A stretch of 64,000 bases of DNA from Eledone cirrhosa (lineage: Eukaryota): the NCBI GenBank assembly GCA_964016885.1, contig OZ024740.1:274598001-274662000 (forward strand), in the 5' to 3' direction. Below, piece by piece: positions 29,407 through 43,319 of this stretch; positions within the stretch are counted from its first letter, which is position 1, and each line of letters begins with the position of its first letter. The translations under genes were made by a program, and so were the position numbers. The notes beneath the pieces are model-generated. The model saw only the letters and a list, made by a program, of their open reading frames with translations, did not search any database and had not been told where the DNA came from.

Positions 29407-29606
29407 NNNNNNNNNNNNNNNNNNNNNNNNNNNNNNNNNNNNNNNNNNNNNNNNNNNNNNNNNNNNNNNNNNNNNNNNNNNNNNNNNNNNNNNNNNNNNN
29501 NNNNNNNNNNNNNNNNNNNNNNNNNNNNNNNNNNNNNNNNNNNNNNNNNNNNNNNNNNNNNNNNNNNNNNNNNNNNNNNNNNNNNNNNNNNNNNNNNNNN
29601 NNNNNN
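29407..29606. other. Assembly gap (200 N)
   Basis: Run of N. Confidence 1.
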
Positions 29607-30133
29607 TATATATAATTAATACAATAACAGAGATAGTTTAAAGCTAAACTCTGACTGGTAACCATCTCACTCAACAAACATTAGGTTATATTAAAATATA
29701 AACCCAATTTAAGTGTTTGGGGTGCTAACAATATGTATAATGTGGAAAAACCAGTTGTATTATTTTATGAGATATAATTAAAGTTAAAGTATATCTCTCT
29801 TTCCAAACAATTGTTTCATTATAAGTTTTCTACAAGTTTGGGAGAAAGTTTCCAGTTTATGTAGAAGCCTAATATATATTCATGTAAGAATATATTTAGG
29901 TGGGCACTTATAAATCATCAGTGGAAGCCCATTAAACATTGATATAAGAAAACAATTTCTTACCGCTGTCAAAAATCATGTCCGTAAAGTTGGTCTCTCT
30001 CACTTCGAATGACCGTTATATATGTATATATATTTAATATAGAAAAGCTTCAATATTAAACATTTATACTCTGCTATGTATTGAGTACCTTACTTACTTA
30101 CTGTGGTTACCCCCGATTGAACCCGGAGTAAGG

Positions 30134-30218
30134 GGTCTGACGAGCCGTGGATTACAGACTCGGAATAGATCGATGCAGATCGAACCTTGAGCGGATCAGT
30201 GGCGAAACACGCGTCACC
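30134..30218 (+). ncRNA. Type-I HHR with extended stem II (mirror 35238-35322, -)
   Basis: GGT-CTGACGA-GCC...GGC-GAAA-C acgc G-TC-ACC; GUC triplet. Confidence 0.78.
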
Positions 30219-30557
30219 AACAAATAAACGTAATGAAGGAGTAACCGCTTGTCTTTGCTTTATTTTACTATAATACACTCTGTCTAGCTCTACACCTCGA
30301 CACAGAAGTGAACCTAAACATCAAGTGCTCACCCGGCTGAACCTACAGTAACTCCAAGTTACACTCCCTGGATATATATCATCATCATCACCGTTTTACG
30401 CCCGTTCTTCCACGCTAGCATGGGTTAGACGGGTTGTCCTGTTGTGGGCAGTAGCCGGTCGGCTGACCATACCTTGCTCATATGGGAATATATATATATA
30501 TATATATAGGGAAACACAAAGCAGGCATTGTTTAGAAATGTCTAGCGAGTTTGAAAA

Positions 30558-30921
30558 TTAGGTAGTAACGTATGCTTACGCCGTATTTGACTAAATAGAA
30601 TTAGTCTGTTAATTGGGATATTTTTTTAAGAACCCTCTGAATGGAAAAAAGGATGAGTATTGATAAAGCTTGATTTGTCTCTCTATTCATATACATATAT
30701 ATACCTGTTATGGTTATATAGCTTCTAATTGAATGGAATGAAGCATGGGTGACATGTTGATGTAATGGTAATGCATTGATCCGGCAATCCAAAGATGTGC
30801 ATTCGTGTCCCATGTACATGAATACTCATCCTTTTTTCCATTCAGAGGCTTTTTAAAAAATCCCAACTAACAGACTTATTCTATTTAATCAAATACAGCA
30901 TAAGCACTTGTTACTACCTAA
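30558..30921. repeat. Older small fold-back with ~100-bp diverged arms (mirror 34529-34892)
   Basis: ttaggtagtaac...ggatgagtatt versus aatactcatcc...gttactacctaa, with multiple mismatches. Confidence 0.85.
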
Positions 30922-31640
30922 CGTATATATATATATATATATATATATATACGATATTAAATAAATGGAAACTATATTTATAAAACCATATTTATTTCAT
31001 TATATATATTTCAGGGATATCATATTAACAATATGCTATGCCTTCCTCAGACAAAATACAATATAAACAGTTTTATAGATAAATAGATTTGACATACCGT
31101 ACAACATCGACTTGTATTTGAAAAGTTGAATTGGCAGTGAAAAAATTGTACACAGAGAGAAAGAAAGAGAGAAAAAGGAAAGAAAGACAGAAAACGAAGA
31201 AAAAGAAGAAAAAGAAGAAAAAGAAGAAATGCATGGAACAAAATAGAGAGATGGAAAGATAGATAAAGAGAAGAACTTCATGTAAAGAAACAGAGAGAGA
31301 TATATATATAGAGAGAGAGGAAATAGAGATAGATATATATATATAGAAAACTAGGTAGTGGGAACATCCGTTGAGTAAACGTATCAATGATACATTTATT
31401 TATTTATTTATTTATTTAGCTCTAGTATTAATGTAAGGGAGATATATGTGGTTAGGAGAGAAACCAGCTGTTATATAGAGAGAAAAATTAAAAATAACCA
31501 GACATAGGCGAGGCATAAAAACCCTATGTTTTAATGTAGAGGTATTAGTATGTATAAAAACCAGCCACTATATTGTAAATATCAGTATTCCTGAATGAGA
31601 CATGTATCCATAATGTGTGAAAAGTAATGATCTTATGTTT

Positions 31641-31672
<32 letters not shown>

Positions 31673-32423
31673 TTCATATGTTTATGTGATAACTACAAAC
31701 ATCTATGTGAATTTACATGATCAACTCTGCAAACCCTAGGTTCACGGAAAACATTCTCATTGTGCTATAAACATTTAAGTATACATATATGTGTATATAT
31801 ATACACACATATATATATAGAGTCTATATTACTACTATTGTCTTTACTCTACAAGATTATCTATCAAGCAGAAATAGAGAGCAGATTTCAATATATTAAT
31901 AAAAAAAATATATATCAGAAACAAAACCAAAAAATAACAATAATAATAATAATAATAAATAATAATAAAATAGAAAACTAAAAAATATTACGAAAGAATA
32001 TTACATATTAAAAATATTACATATTAAAAATAAAAATATTAGAAAATACTACAATAATAAAAAAATAAACCACAAAGATCAACCCTTCAAAATTAATTGA
32101 CAATATATTGCCAAGTTCATTATAAGCATCAGAGTCGAAAAACAGATAAAGCTAAAAAATTATTTATCAAATCGCATCTAGCAAAAATCATTTCAAAAAG
32201 TTTAGGATGCCCATTTGGTCTACATGTGTTCGTATATTTAATATAGAAGTTTATCTAGTGTAACGTTTATTCGAAATATTTGGAGCATCAACTTTTAGGG
32301 TAGCTTAATTTTTCATGAAGAATGTTTAAATAAAAATAAAAATAAAAATAAAAAGAATAAAAAGAAGAAATCGAAAGATTTATCGGCTAGTTTCCCATAT
32401 AATTATAAATCAAACTAAATATA

Positions 32424-33802
32424 CTACATTTTAAATTTAAATTTATATTTAAAAGTTGAGTTTAATCTATGTTTGCAGCAACTGAATAAATTTTCCGTAG
32501 ATTAAGGGAATTTTTAGATTTTAGTATAAAGAATATCTCCTCTGCGCAGAGGTCACATGTCTCAGAGGATGAATTAAAAGGAATCCCTCTTGAGACTATA
32601 TTCCAAGCCGTCGAATATCTAACGTTATCTAGCTTAAGTTGCCAGAGTACGCCTGATAGTGCCGTTGAAGATTTTTTGCTTGGATCTGTGAAAGAATTCT
32701 TGTGGTTATTATAGCGAAGTTTAAATTCCGTCGATGTGGAACCGACGTAGTTAAAAGAATTAGAGTCAGTTTTAACATTACAATTGTATACTTTATTTTT
32801 AACTAGGCAGTTGTTATTTAACGGACATTTAGATCTATCTCTACAGTTACATTTGTTAACTTGTATATTATTTATGCTATTATCACTAGGTTTTAAGTTC
32901 CTATTATTTATTCTATTAATATTTTGTGCTAAATTTTTGGTGGATGAGTAGGTTAATTTTATAGTATGTCTATTGAAAATTGAGTGATACCTATGTGTTC
33001 TAGGGAAGCGATTATCAAGAGCTTTAAAAAATAGTTTAGCGATGTGGGTTTTAATGTTTAGTGAGAAAGGGGGGGGGGGGGCAAACCAAATTATGTTCCT
33101 AGTTCTATTTCTTTTTTGGCCTTTGGAATTATTGTAATGCTTTCTATTATAGTTGTTAAGGTTGTTGCCGTAATTAAAATAGTTGTTATTTTGTTTAGTT
33201 TGTCTATCATTATCTATGTACATAATCTTATCAGTATATCCTGCTCTAGCTAATGCTTCATTGTAGTATTGGGCTTTTTCGTCGAAAATCATTCTATTCG
33301 ACGAGATCCTAGAGATACGTTTTTGAACAGAGTTTACTATAGTGTTTTTGACAGATCTGGGGTGGTTAGAGTTAAAGTTGACATAGTTTAAGTTTTCATT
33401 CAACTTGTGAAAAGGATAGTGAAAACATGTGTTGAGATTTAATGTTATATCTAGGAAATTGATTATTCTATGGTTGTTCTCAATTTCTATTTTAAGATTA
33501 AAGTAATTAAAAAATTGTGTAATTTGTTTACATTTTCTATTTAGTTCAGAGTTATTATTATCAATAAGTAAAAGCATGTCATCTCTATATAAACCTCCGG
33601 TAGTACCAGGTATTTTCCTATGTAGCGAATTGATTAAAAATAAGCCCACAAGGTCAGTTACCTGAGCTGAGTCGGATGATCCCATAGTAATGTCAAAATT
33701 GCTATCTCTATCTGCTCTGGTCCATAGTTGGTCATTAAATTCTATCAAAGTTTTCCTAGCCGATAATATAATATGCATTTCATTGCTAGTTAGGTCAGTA
33801 TG
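32424..33802 (-). pseudogene. PLE RT (YRDD) + GIY-YIG fragment, close relative of 17961-19964
   Basis: Nearly the same protein from HTDLTS onward; G-run expansion (PPPP); 1-nt frameshift near the C-terminus. Confidence 0.93.
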
Positions 33803-34392
33803 AAAAACTAAACATAAGATCATTACTTTTCACACATTATGGATACATGTCTCATTCAGGAATACTGATATTTACAATATAGTGGCTGGTTTTTATACAT
33901 ACTAATACCTCTACATTAAAACATAGGGTTTTTATGCCTCGCCTATGTCTGGTTATTTTTAATTTTTCTCTCTATATAACAGCTGGTTTCTCTCCTAACC
34001 ACATATATCTCCCTTACATTAATACTAGAGCTAAATAAATAAATAAATAAATAAATGTATCATTGATACGTTTACTCAACGGATGTTCCCACTACCTAGT
34101 TTTCTATATATATATATCTATCTCTATTTCCTCTCTCTCTATATATATATCTCTCTCTGTTTCTTTACATGAAGTTCTTCTCTTTATCTATCTTTCCATC
34201 TCTCTATTTTGTTCCATGCATTTCTTCTTTTTCTTCTTTTTCTTCTTTTTCTTCGTTTTCTGTCTTTCTTTCCTTTTTCTCTCTTTCTTTCTCTCTGTGT
34301 ACAATTTTTTCACTGCCAATTCAACTTTTCAAATACAAGTCGATGTTGTACGGTATGTCAAATCTATTTATCTATAAAACTGTTTATATTGT

Positions 34393-34456
34393 ATTTTGTC
34401 TGAGGAAGGCATAGCATATTGTTAATATGATATCCCTGAAATATATATAATGAAAT
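34393..34456 (+). ncRNA. Minimal type-I HHR (mirror 30994-31057, -)
   Basis: ATTTTGT-CTGAGGA-AGG...CCT-GAAA-TATATA-TA-ATGAAAT. Confidence 0.76.
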
Positions 34457-35529
34457 AAATATGGTTTTATAAATATAGTTTCCATTTATTTAATATCGTA
34501 TATATATATATATATATATATATATACGTTAGGTAGTAACAAGTGCTTATGCTGTATTTGATTAAATAGAATAAGTCTGTTAGTTGGGATTTTTTAAAAA
34601 GCCTCTGAATGGAAAAAAGGATGAGTATTCATGTACATGGGACACGAATGCACATCTTTGGATTGCCGGATCAATGCATTACCATTACATCAACATGTCA
34701 CCCATGCTTCATTCCATTCAATTAGAAGCTATATAACCATAACAGGTATATATATGTATATGAATAGAGAGACAAATCAAGCTTTATCAATACTCATCCT
34801 TTTTTCCATTCAGAGGGTTCTTAAAAAAATATCCCAATTAACAGACTAATTCTATTTAGTCAAATACGGCGTAAGCATACGTTACTACCTAATTTTCAAA
34901 CTCGCTAGACATTTCTAAACAATGCCTGCTTTGTGTTTCCCTATATATATATATATATATATATATATTCCCATATGAGCAAGGTATGGTCAGCCGACCG
35001 GCTACTGCCCACAACAGGACAACCCGTCTAACCCATGCTAGCGTGGAAGAACGGGCGTAAAACGGTGATGATGATGATATATATCCAGGGAGTGTAACTT
35101 GGAGTTACTGTAGGTTCAGCCGGGTGAGCACTTGATGTTTAGGTTCACTTCTGTGTCGAGGTGTAGAGCTAGACAGAGTGTATTATAGTAAAATAAAGCA
35201 AAGACAAGCGGTTACTCCTTCATTACGTTTATTTGTTGGTGACGCGTGTTTCGCCACTGATCCGCTCAAGGTTCGATCTGCATCGATCTATTCCGAGTCT
35301 GTAATCCACGGCTCGTCAGACCCCTTACTCCGGGTTCAATCGGGGGTAACCACAGTAAGTAAGTAAGGTACTCAATACATAGCAGAGTATAAATGTTTAA
35401 TATTGAAGCTTTTCTATATTAAATATATATACATATATAACGGTCATTCGAGGTGAGAGAGACCAACTTTACGGACATGATTTTTGACAGCGGTAAGAAA
35501 TTGTTTTCTTATATCAATGTTTAATGGGC

Positions 35530-35655
35530 TTCCACTGATGATTTATAAGTGCCCACCTAAATATATTCTTACATGAATATATATTAGGCTTCTACATAAA
35601 CTGGAAACTTTCTCCCAAACTTGTAGAAAACTTATAATGAAACAATTGTTTGGAA
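35530..35655 (+). ncRNA. Type-I HHR with ~80-nt loop-2 insertion (mirror 29801-29926, -)
   Basis: TTCCA-CTGATGA-tTTATAAGT...ACTTATAAt-GAAA-CAATTG-TT-TGGAA. Confidence 0.7.
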
Positions 35656-35836
35656 AGAGAGATATACTTTAACTTTAATTATATCTCATAAAATAATACA
35701 ACTGGTTTTTCCACATTATACATATTGTTAGCACCCCAAACACTTAAATTGGGTTTATATTTTAATATAACCTAATGTTTGTTGAGTGAGATGGTTACCA
35801 GTCAGAGTTTAGCTTTAAACTATCTCTGTTATTGTA

Positions 35837-35892
<56 letters not shown>

Positions 35893-35973
35893 TATCATCA
35901 TCATCATCACTGTTTAACATCCATTCTTTCACCCAAGCATGGGAATAACGTATATATATATATATATATATAA

Positions 35974-36165
35974 TATAGAAATGGCTTCTACAGGACTAGA
36001 ACTGTTTCATTCAGAGGAAATCATTATCATCAGAGCGTTCCTGATGGTTTCCTTATAATGAAACATTTATAGTCCTGTAGAAGCCATTTCTATATTAAAT
36101 GTTTATACTCTGCTATGTATTGAGTACCTTACTTACTGTGGTTACCCCAGATTGAACCCAGGATA
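35974..36165. repeat. ~120-bp hairpin followed by a copy of the sequence at ~30050-30125
   Basis: atagaaatggcttctacaggacta ... tagtcctgtagaagccatttctat; then tttatactctgctatgtattgagtaccttac. Confidence 0.8.
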
Positions 36166-37059
36166 AACATATATACACATATATATATATATATATATAT
36201 AAATACATATATTTTTTCATGTATATATATGTTCAAGAAATTATCGTATAGTTAAAGGGTTTGCTTTACCAATACTTGGTTTTGCATTCAGTCCAACTGT
36301 ATGGTAAATAACTTCTATAATCATCTTGGGTTGATCAATGCCTTGTAAGTGAAATTAGATGATAGGTGATCATGGTCACTGTGCAGAAGCCTATAATGTG
36401 TCAGTCCTATTGTATCCATGTGACTACTTTAGTATGGTCATGTGATGCCTTTGGATGATGATCCTTCAATGAAGAAATGCTACATTTCCAAGTGGAAGGA
36501 AGCTGATGTAGAAGAAGGAAATTCTGTACAAAAGGGATGAAGTTGGATCTCAAAACAATGAACCTCACAGAAGAGATGACGAAGAAATGCAATGAGTGGG
36601 GGACGTTGTGCTGTTAAATATTCACACAACCCATGCAAGCATGGAACACTGAATTTATAAGAATGATAATCACAATAGACCATGCAGCCATCCCTTTTTA
36701 AAGAATATATGACTGCAATTTCCAGCAAGTCAAACCACTACGTGGATGTCTCCTTGAACATATGTTCTGTTAATGTGATCAATGGTAGAGAGAATACTTG
36801 TGCTGATTTGAACATAAGATTGCTAAAGCATCCAAATATAGTCAACAATAAATTCAATTTGGACACCAAGTTATATATTGATACTGCAAACTGTATGAAT
36901 TTCATGGTAATGTGATAATAAACAGAGAACATGAAGATAATACAGAATCTACAAAATGTAACCCCAACCAGAAACAAAAAAATAAAAACAAAAATATAAA
37001 CCAATATATATATATATATATACATATATATACACATATATATATATATTTATAAATAC

Positions 37060-37092
<33 letters not shown>

Positions 37093-37150
37093 AAACTAAT
37101 AAACCTTTGTTTGTACTGCCTCTCTGTTTTGTTCCCGTTCCATTTTTCAC

Positions 37151-37228
<78 letters not shown>

Positions 37229-37389
37229 CATATATATACATATATATATACATATACATATATATACATATATATATATATATGTATATATAATCTTCTA
37301 TACACAATCATACACAATCATACACACCCGTGTATATTTATCTATCTATATATATATATATACATATATATATACATATATATATATAC

Positions 37390-37724
<335 letters not shown>

Positions 37725-38327
37725 CGATATGAAAAATAAAAGTAATAAAGAAGTTATTTGTTTTAGCGTTTTAAGAAATAAACATATAAACAAAATAAGA
37801 TATATCAAAGAGAAGACAAAAAAAAAGATAAAATGAATACACAAACAACAACAACATCAATAATAACAACAACTGAGATTTCGTTTTTACATTCCTTCTA
37901 TAATTTCTTCACTGAATCATATATTAAATTTTACTTTTCTCCATTTTGTTCATCTGTTCTGTTCTTTATTCCTATGCTCTCTATCCAAATTTGCTTCCTT
38001 TCATTCCAGCTCCTTTCCTCCACCCACATATCACACATTTATATTTTTATTGTTGTTGTTGTTTGGCAAGAGATTTCATCATCCAAGATGGTGTGCATGT
38101 GTATGTGTTGAAAGCAGGACATTCCCCCCTCCTCTCCCCTGCCCCACCATACACACACCCATGCTAACATCATATTGATGACGTAAAGTACACACTTATG
38201 TACCAGAATGAAGTATCGACTGTGACCAGATTGTAAATATATGACAAAAGTCATTGATACATAACAGAGAGATTTGTATTGAAAGTTGGACAAATTATCT
38301 TGTGGCATGAGGTGACACACTTTCATG

Positions 38328-38794
38328 TTAACCCTTTAGCATTTAAACCAGCCATATTCGGCCAGAATTCTCTCACCTCTCTCTGTTCAAACCACCTGTA
38401 ACTGGCCGTTCATACTGATGCTAAGGTATTGTTCTCAAAATAAATTACATAAAAATCTCGTAGATTCGATATTATGTGAGATAATTATGTAAGATAAAGC
38501 CTTTACCATGAAAATACAATAGTATATATAGAATAATGTAAATGCTAAAGGGTTAAATTAAGAGTTTAACCAACTTTACCCCTTACATTACTTTATATTT
38601 ACTATTATATTTTCATGGTAAAGGCTTTATCTCACATAATTATCTCATATAATATCAAATTTTTAAAATTTTGATAATTTATTTTGAGAACAATACTTTA
38701 ACATCAGTATGAGCAGCCAGTTACAGCTGGTTTGAATAGAAAGAGGTGAGAGAGTTCTGGCTGGATATGGCCGGTTTAAATGCTAAAGGGTTAA
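38328..38794. mobile_element. Two piggyBac-type MITE copies in inverted orientation
   Basis: TTAA|CCCTTTAGCATTTA...TAAATGCTAAAGGG|TTAA (38328-38554); inverted second copy ~38566-38794 with a decayed left end. Confidence 0.8.
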
Positions 38795-40734
38795 ATCAAC
38801 TTTAGCTTTCATCCTTCTGAAGTCAATGAAGTAAAAAGTACCAATCAAGTACTAGGCAGAGAACATTAAATATAGTATACCTTAGGGAATTTATTCTGGC
38901 TTTCTGTGCTCTGGGTTCAAATTCCACCTGAGAAAAATTTGCCTTTTATTTATCTGGGGTCAATAAATTAAAGTACCAGGCCATGACAGTGTAATAGTGA
39001 AATTTTTAGAATGTCATATGAGATGCTTTGCAGTATCTGTTATGGTACTTTGCATTCTGAGTTCAGAATGTGCGTGCAGAATGCTTTCATCGCTCTGCTT
39101 GTCCCTTGAACTAGCAATGCCCCTCACTAACACTGACAAGTGAGGAATTTCTGGAAGTTATCCATATTCCCTGGCTCAAAAAACAGACTGCTCAGTTCGA
39201 CTTTGTCAATATCCAGAGCCTCTCCAAGTGCATCCTCACACTTGCCCACCACTAGTCCTCTTTGGAACTTGAGAGTGGAAGTTCCACTGACCACCTTGCC
39301 CACTTGGTAGAGGGCAGTGTGTGCCTGGTAACATTCCAGATGCCAGACACCCAGTCTTGGTCTCTTTTTGCCACAGCCTTACTGATACCTCCATGCATGT
39401 AGGCTTTATTCCAAGCCAGCTATTCCACCCAACCTCTGTAGCATAGTCAGGTGAGAGATTTTTGGAAGTCATACATAGGCCCAATTTAAATGCCATACTG
39501 GCTTGACTGCTTGCTTGATATCCATCAATACCTAGAGTCTCCATTACAACATCGTCATTCTTGCCAACCCCTAACATTCAAAATAATGCCCACATTGTCA
39601 ACAAAACAAGATATGGGTAGAAATATCTGACAAACGATGACCTCACCTACTCACTGTTCAGCATTTGGTGGACCTTTAAGATGTCATTATATATTAGGAT
39701 TTCTTATATATAATTGTTTCTACTTTTGACACAAGGCCAGCATTTATCAAAATAAAGTATCAGTAATACACTGGAATAATTGCTGGCCTTGTGTCAAAAG
39801 TAGAAACAATCATAAATTAGGAAATCCACTTTATCACTAAATGATCTAAGGACTTTGTAGTCTGTTTTCATTGATTTCTAGTCCGTATCTTATTTGGAAT
39901 GTCTTTGTTTGATACATATTTGCTTTTTTATCTCCCATTTCTAGTATACCTAGAAATATGTAGTTGCAAAGCAAACTTTTTAAACACATGCTTATGGATT
40001 GTACTCATGTCTTTCTTCTTAGATTTCTCCTTTACAGAAAGTTGAAAGAGTTATCTGGATCAATAGTTTTTACCAAATAAGACGAGAGAGATTGAATGAT
40101 AGGTATAGGAATGACAGAAAGAGAGAAGAAAGTTGCAGCTTGCAGGATGGGGGAGTCAGAAGAAAGGGCCTCTTGTTGGTTTTGGAGCAGGAGAGAGTAG
40201 ATAAGCTGGAAACCAGGAATTGAAGATTGGCAGTAATTTGGCCACCACTGCTGACCCACCAGAAACTGTTACAATTGAGGGTTGAAACACCCAATTAACA
40301 TTGAACACGATCTGATATCATCACCACCTCCTGGTCAAGGCTATATTCATTGAAGGTGAATGAATGTGAGGCATCTTCTTGAAGATGTAATTATGCTTAC
40401 AGTACAATATTTAAGTTGGGTCTATCACCAAAGTGATCATCACAAAAGTCACTGAGTCATGTTAAATATTTGTAAATATGTGCCATAGAGAGAGACAATG
40501 ATTTATGTGGTTAGAAATTCTGTATGATTGATGCTTGTAGAGTTACTGTCAAATCATCCACTTATAGATGTATCTGACTGGGAACATTGATATAGAAACT
40601 TATAGTATCTTAATTATGTGAAATGAATAAATATTGGTTTTCTTAATTACAACCAACTTATTTTGTGGAAAATATGGAAATATGAAGTAGTGATGTTTGC
40701 TGAAACTGAAGCTGAAGCATATAGACAATATGCC

Positions 40735-40998
40735 CCCATGCCCCTCCCACTGTAAAGTGGTCGTGTAGGTGTCAAGACAAAAAGCACCCAGTCCACACTC
40801 TAAAGTGCTTGTGTAGGCGCCACAGTAAAAAAGCACCCAGTATTTCCTGTAAATGAGGTTGGTGTTAGGAAGGGCAGCCAGCTGTAGAAACCAAGTCAAA
40901 ATCAGTCCTGTATGAGCAAGATATGGTCACCTGATCTCAAATTGCCCACAACAGGACAACCTGTCTAACCCATGCTAGCATGGAAACATTGACGTAAA

Positions 40999-41037
<39 letters not shown>
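40735..41037 (+). mobile_element. SINE/RTE 3'-end fragment with (ATG)n tail
   Basis: ggtgttaggaagggcagccagctgtagaaa...cccatgctagcatggaaacattgacgtaaaat(gat)n. Confidence 0.8.
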
Positions 41038-41925
41038 GGTCATAACAACATAGAAAATTAGCAGTGTAAGGGCAATGCCCCAAACAAGGAGACTTGGTTC
41101 ATAAGGAGATTATTTTGCTTACTTGTATATAGTAGTCTAACAAATTCAATAATAACTAACATCTCTTTTAATTGTAAATCTTTAATGACTATACATATTA
41201 CCATATCTTCTCAATCAATTGTGAACTCTTTGACAACTGTATGACTCTACTTCTTGAAAAGCAATGGAGAATACAGCCATATAGGTGATCAGAGAATCAC
41301 AGCTGCTACCAGATGTACTATCACCACAGTATGTAAGACACATAAACATATATATAGGATTTAATTTGGGAAAATATTGCAGCTCTTTCTAGCAGGTCAA
41401 GTGGCTCTCACTCTGGCTCTCCTTATTTAAAAAATGTTGTAAAGAAATGTGAAAATGCGAGAGAGCGTGAGAAATAAATAGTGATGGAGATTAGTGAGGT
41501 AATGAAATATAGACGGCTTCGGTATTCCTTATTTCTTAGAAAATATATACAAAATATTTGAAGATTATTCATACATTTAAGTAGCAGAAGAAATGTTTTA
41601 AAATAATGATATTGTTATTTTATATATCATATTCATGGTTTTTCTTTGTTATTATATATTTGATTGTTACTTTTTAATTTGTTCAGTTTAGGTGTTGGTG
41701 TTAATGTTCTTTGGCATCATCCATGTCTCAGTTATCTTCCATGATACACAGATTTTATGTTACGAATACATATATACATATATGTTTATATCTATCTGTG
41801 TGTTTGTGAATGTGTATGTATGGATATATATTTACACACACTGATATATAGATACCTTTATATGTTAGTTGACTTACATAAATATGTATGAATATATAGT
41901 CACACACAACATGCACACTTTATAC

Positions 41926-41969
<44 letters not shown>

Positions 41970-42037
41970 GAATATATATATATATATACATATATATATA
42001 CATACATACATAAATATATATATATATATATATATGA

Positions 42038-42068
<31 letters not shown>

Positions 42069-42135
42069 CATACATACATAAATATATATATATATATGAA
42101 TATATATACATATATATATATATATACACATATAC

Positions 42136-42172
<37 letters not shown>

Positions 42173-42260
42173 TATATACATATATATATATATATATACA
42201 TATCTATATATAAACATATATATATATATATATATATATACACACCACACACGCACACAG

Positions 42261-42297
<37 letters not shown>

Positions 42298-42475
42298 CAT
42301 ATATATATACATATATATATATATATGTGTGTGTACAAAGAGAAAAAGAGAGACAGACACATATGCACATACATGCACATCGTTGACACATGCCAATGAA
42401 CACTCACACATACACACAAACATTTGCATATATACACATTAATGTAGAGACAGTGATAAACAGAACAAAATGAAA

Positions 42476-42520
<45 letters not shown>

Positions 42521-42775
42521 AAAAGAGGAAGCTCTGAGAGGAGAGAGAGGAAATATCTTGTATGTAATATCTAGGGATAACTGCGAGTTAGCTATTACAT
42601 TATCTATTCTCACCTGCCTTGTATTATGCTCAGGGGAGTTGCTGTTCGGCAAACTGTTAATTGAATTTACACGCTTTATAATTCAATTCGACTCACATTT
42701 ACCTACACTGTATGTTTGCCTGAATATGTATCTCTCTATGTGTATATGTGACTGTACATATGTGTGTGTGTGTAT

Positions 42776-42867
<92 letters not shown>

Positions 42868-42869
42868 TG

Positions 42870-42921
<52 letters not shown>

Positions 42922-43066
42922 TATGTGTGTATGTATGTATGTATAATACATACATCCCCACATGCATACATATATATAAGTACATATATACACGCATACA
43001 TATATATAAGTATATATATATAAGTATATAAGTGGGTGTATCTATATATATGTATATATGTATATG

Positions 43067-43097
<31 letters not shown>

Positions 43098-43281
43098 GTA
43101 TATATATATGTATGTATATGTATGCATATATATATATATATATGTATGTATGTATTTCTGTGTATACATGCATGTATTTATATATATATATATACAATAT
43201 GTACACATGTATGTGTACCTATGTATGTATATATATATATACATATATATATTATATATATTATATATATATATATATGTG

Positions 43282-43319
<38 letters not shown>

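Larger units (their letters stand above)
29607..35849 (-). mobile_element. Composite fold-back: Hydra-type PLE 3' part with ~2.04-kb inverted arms including ~1.3 kb of passenger DNA
   Basis: 29607-31645 is the reverse complement of 33805-35849; PLE homology to 18590-21525 covers only ~30953-33802. Confidence 0.92.

Noticed and set aside
38328-38794. Another PLE-type fold-back
   Set aside because: TTAA-flanked CCC...GGG termini and a single-orientation copy at 56394 indicate two piggyBac-type MITEs.
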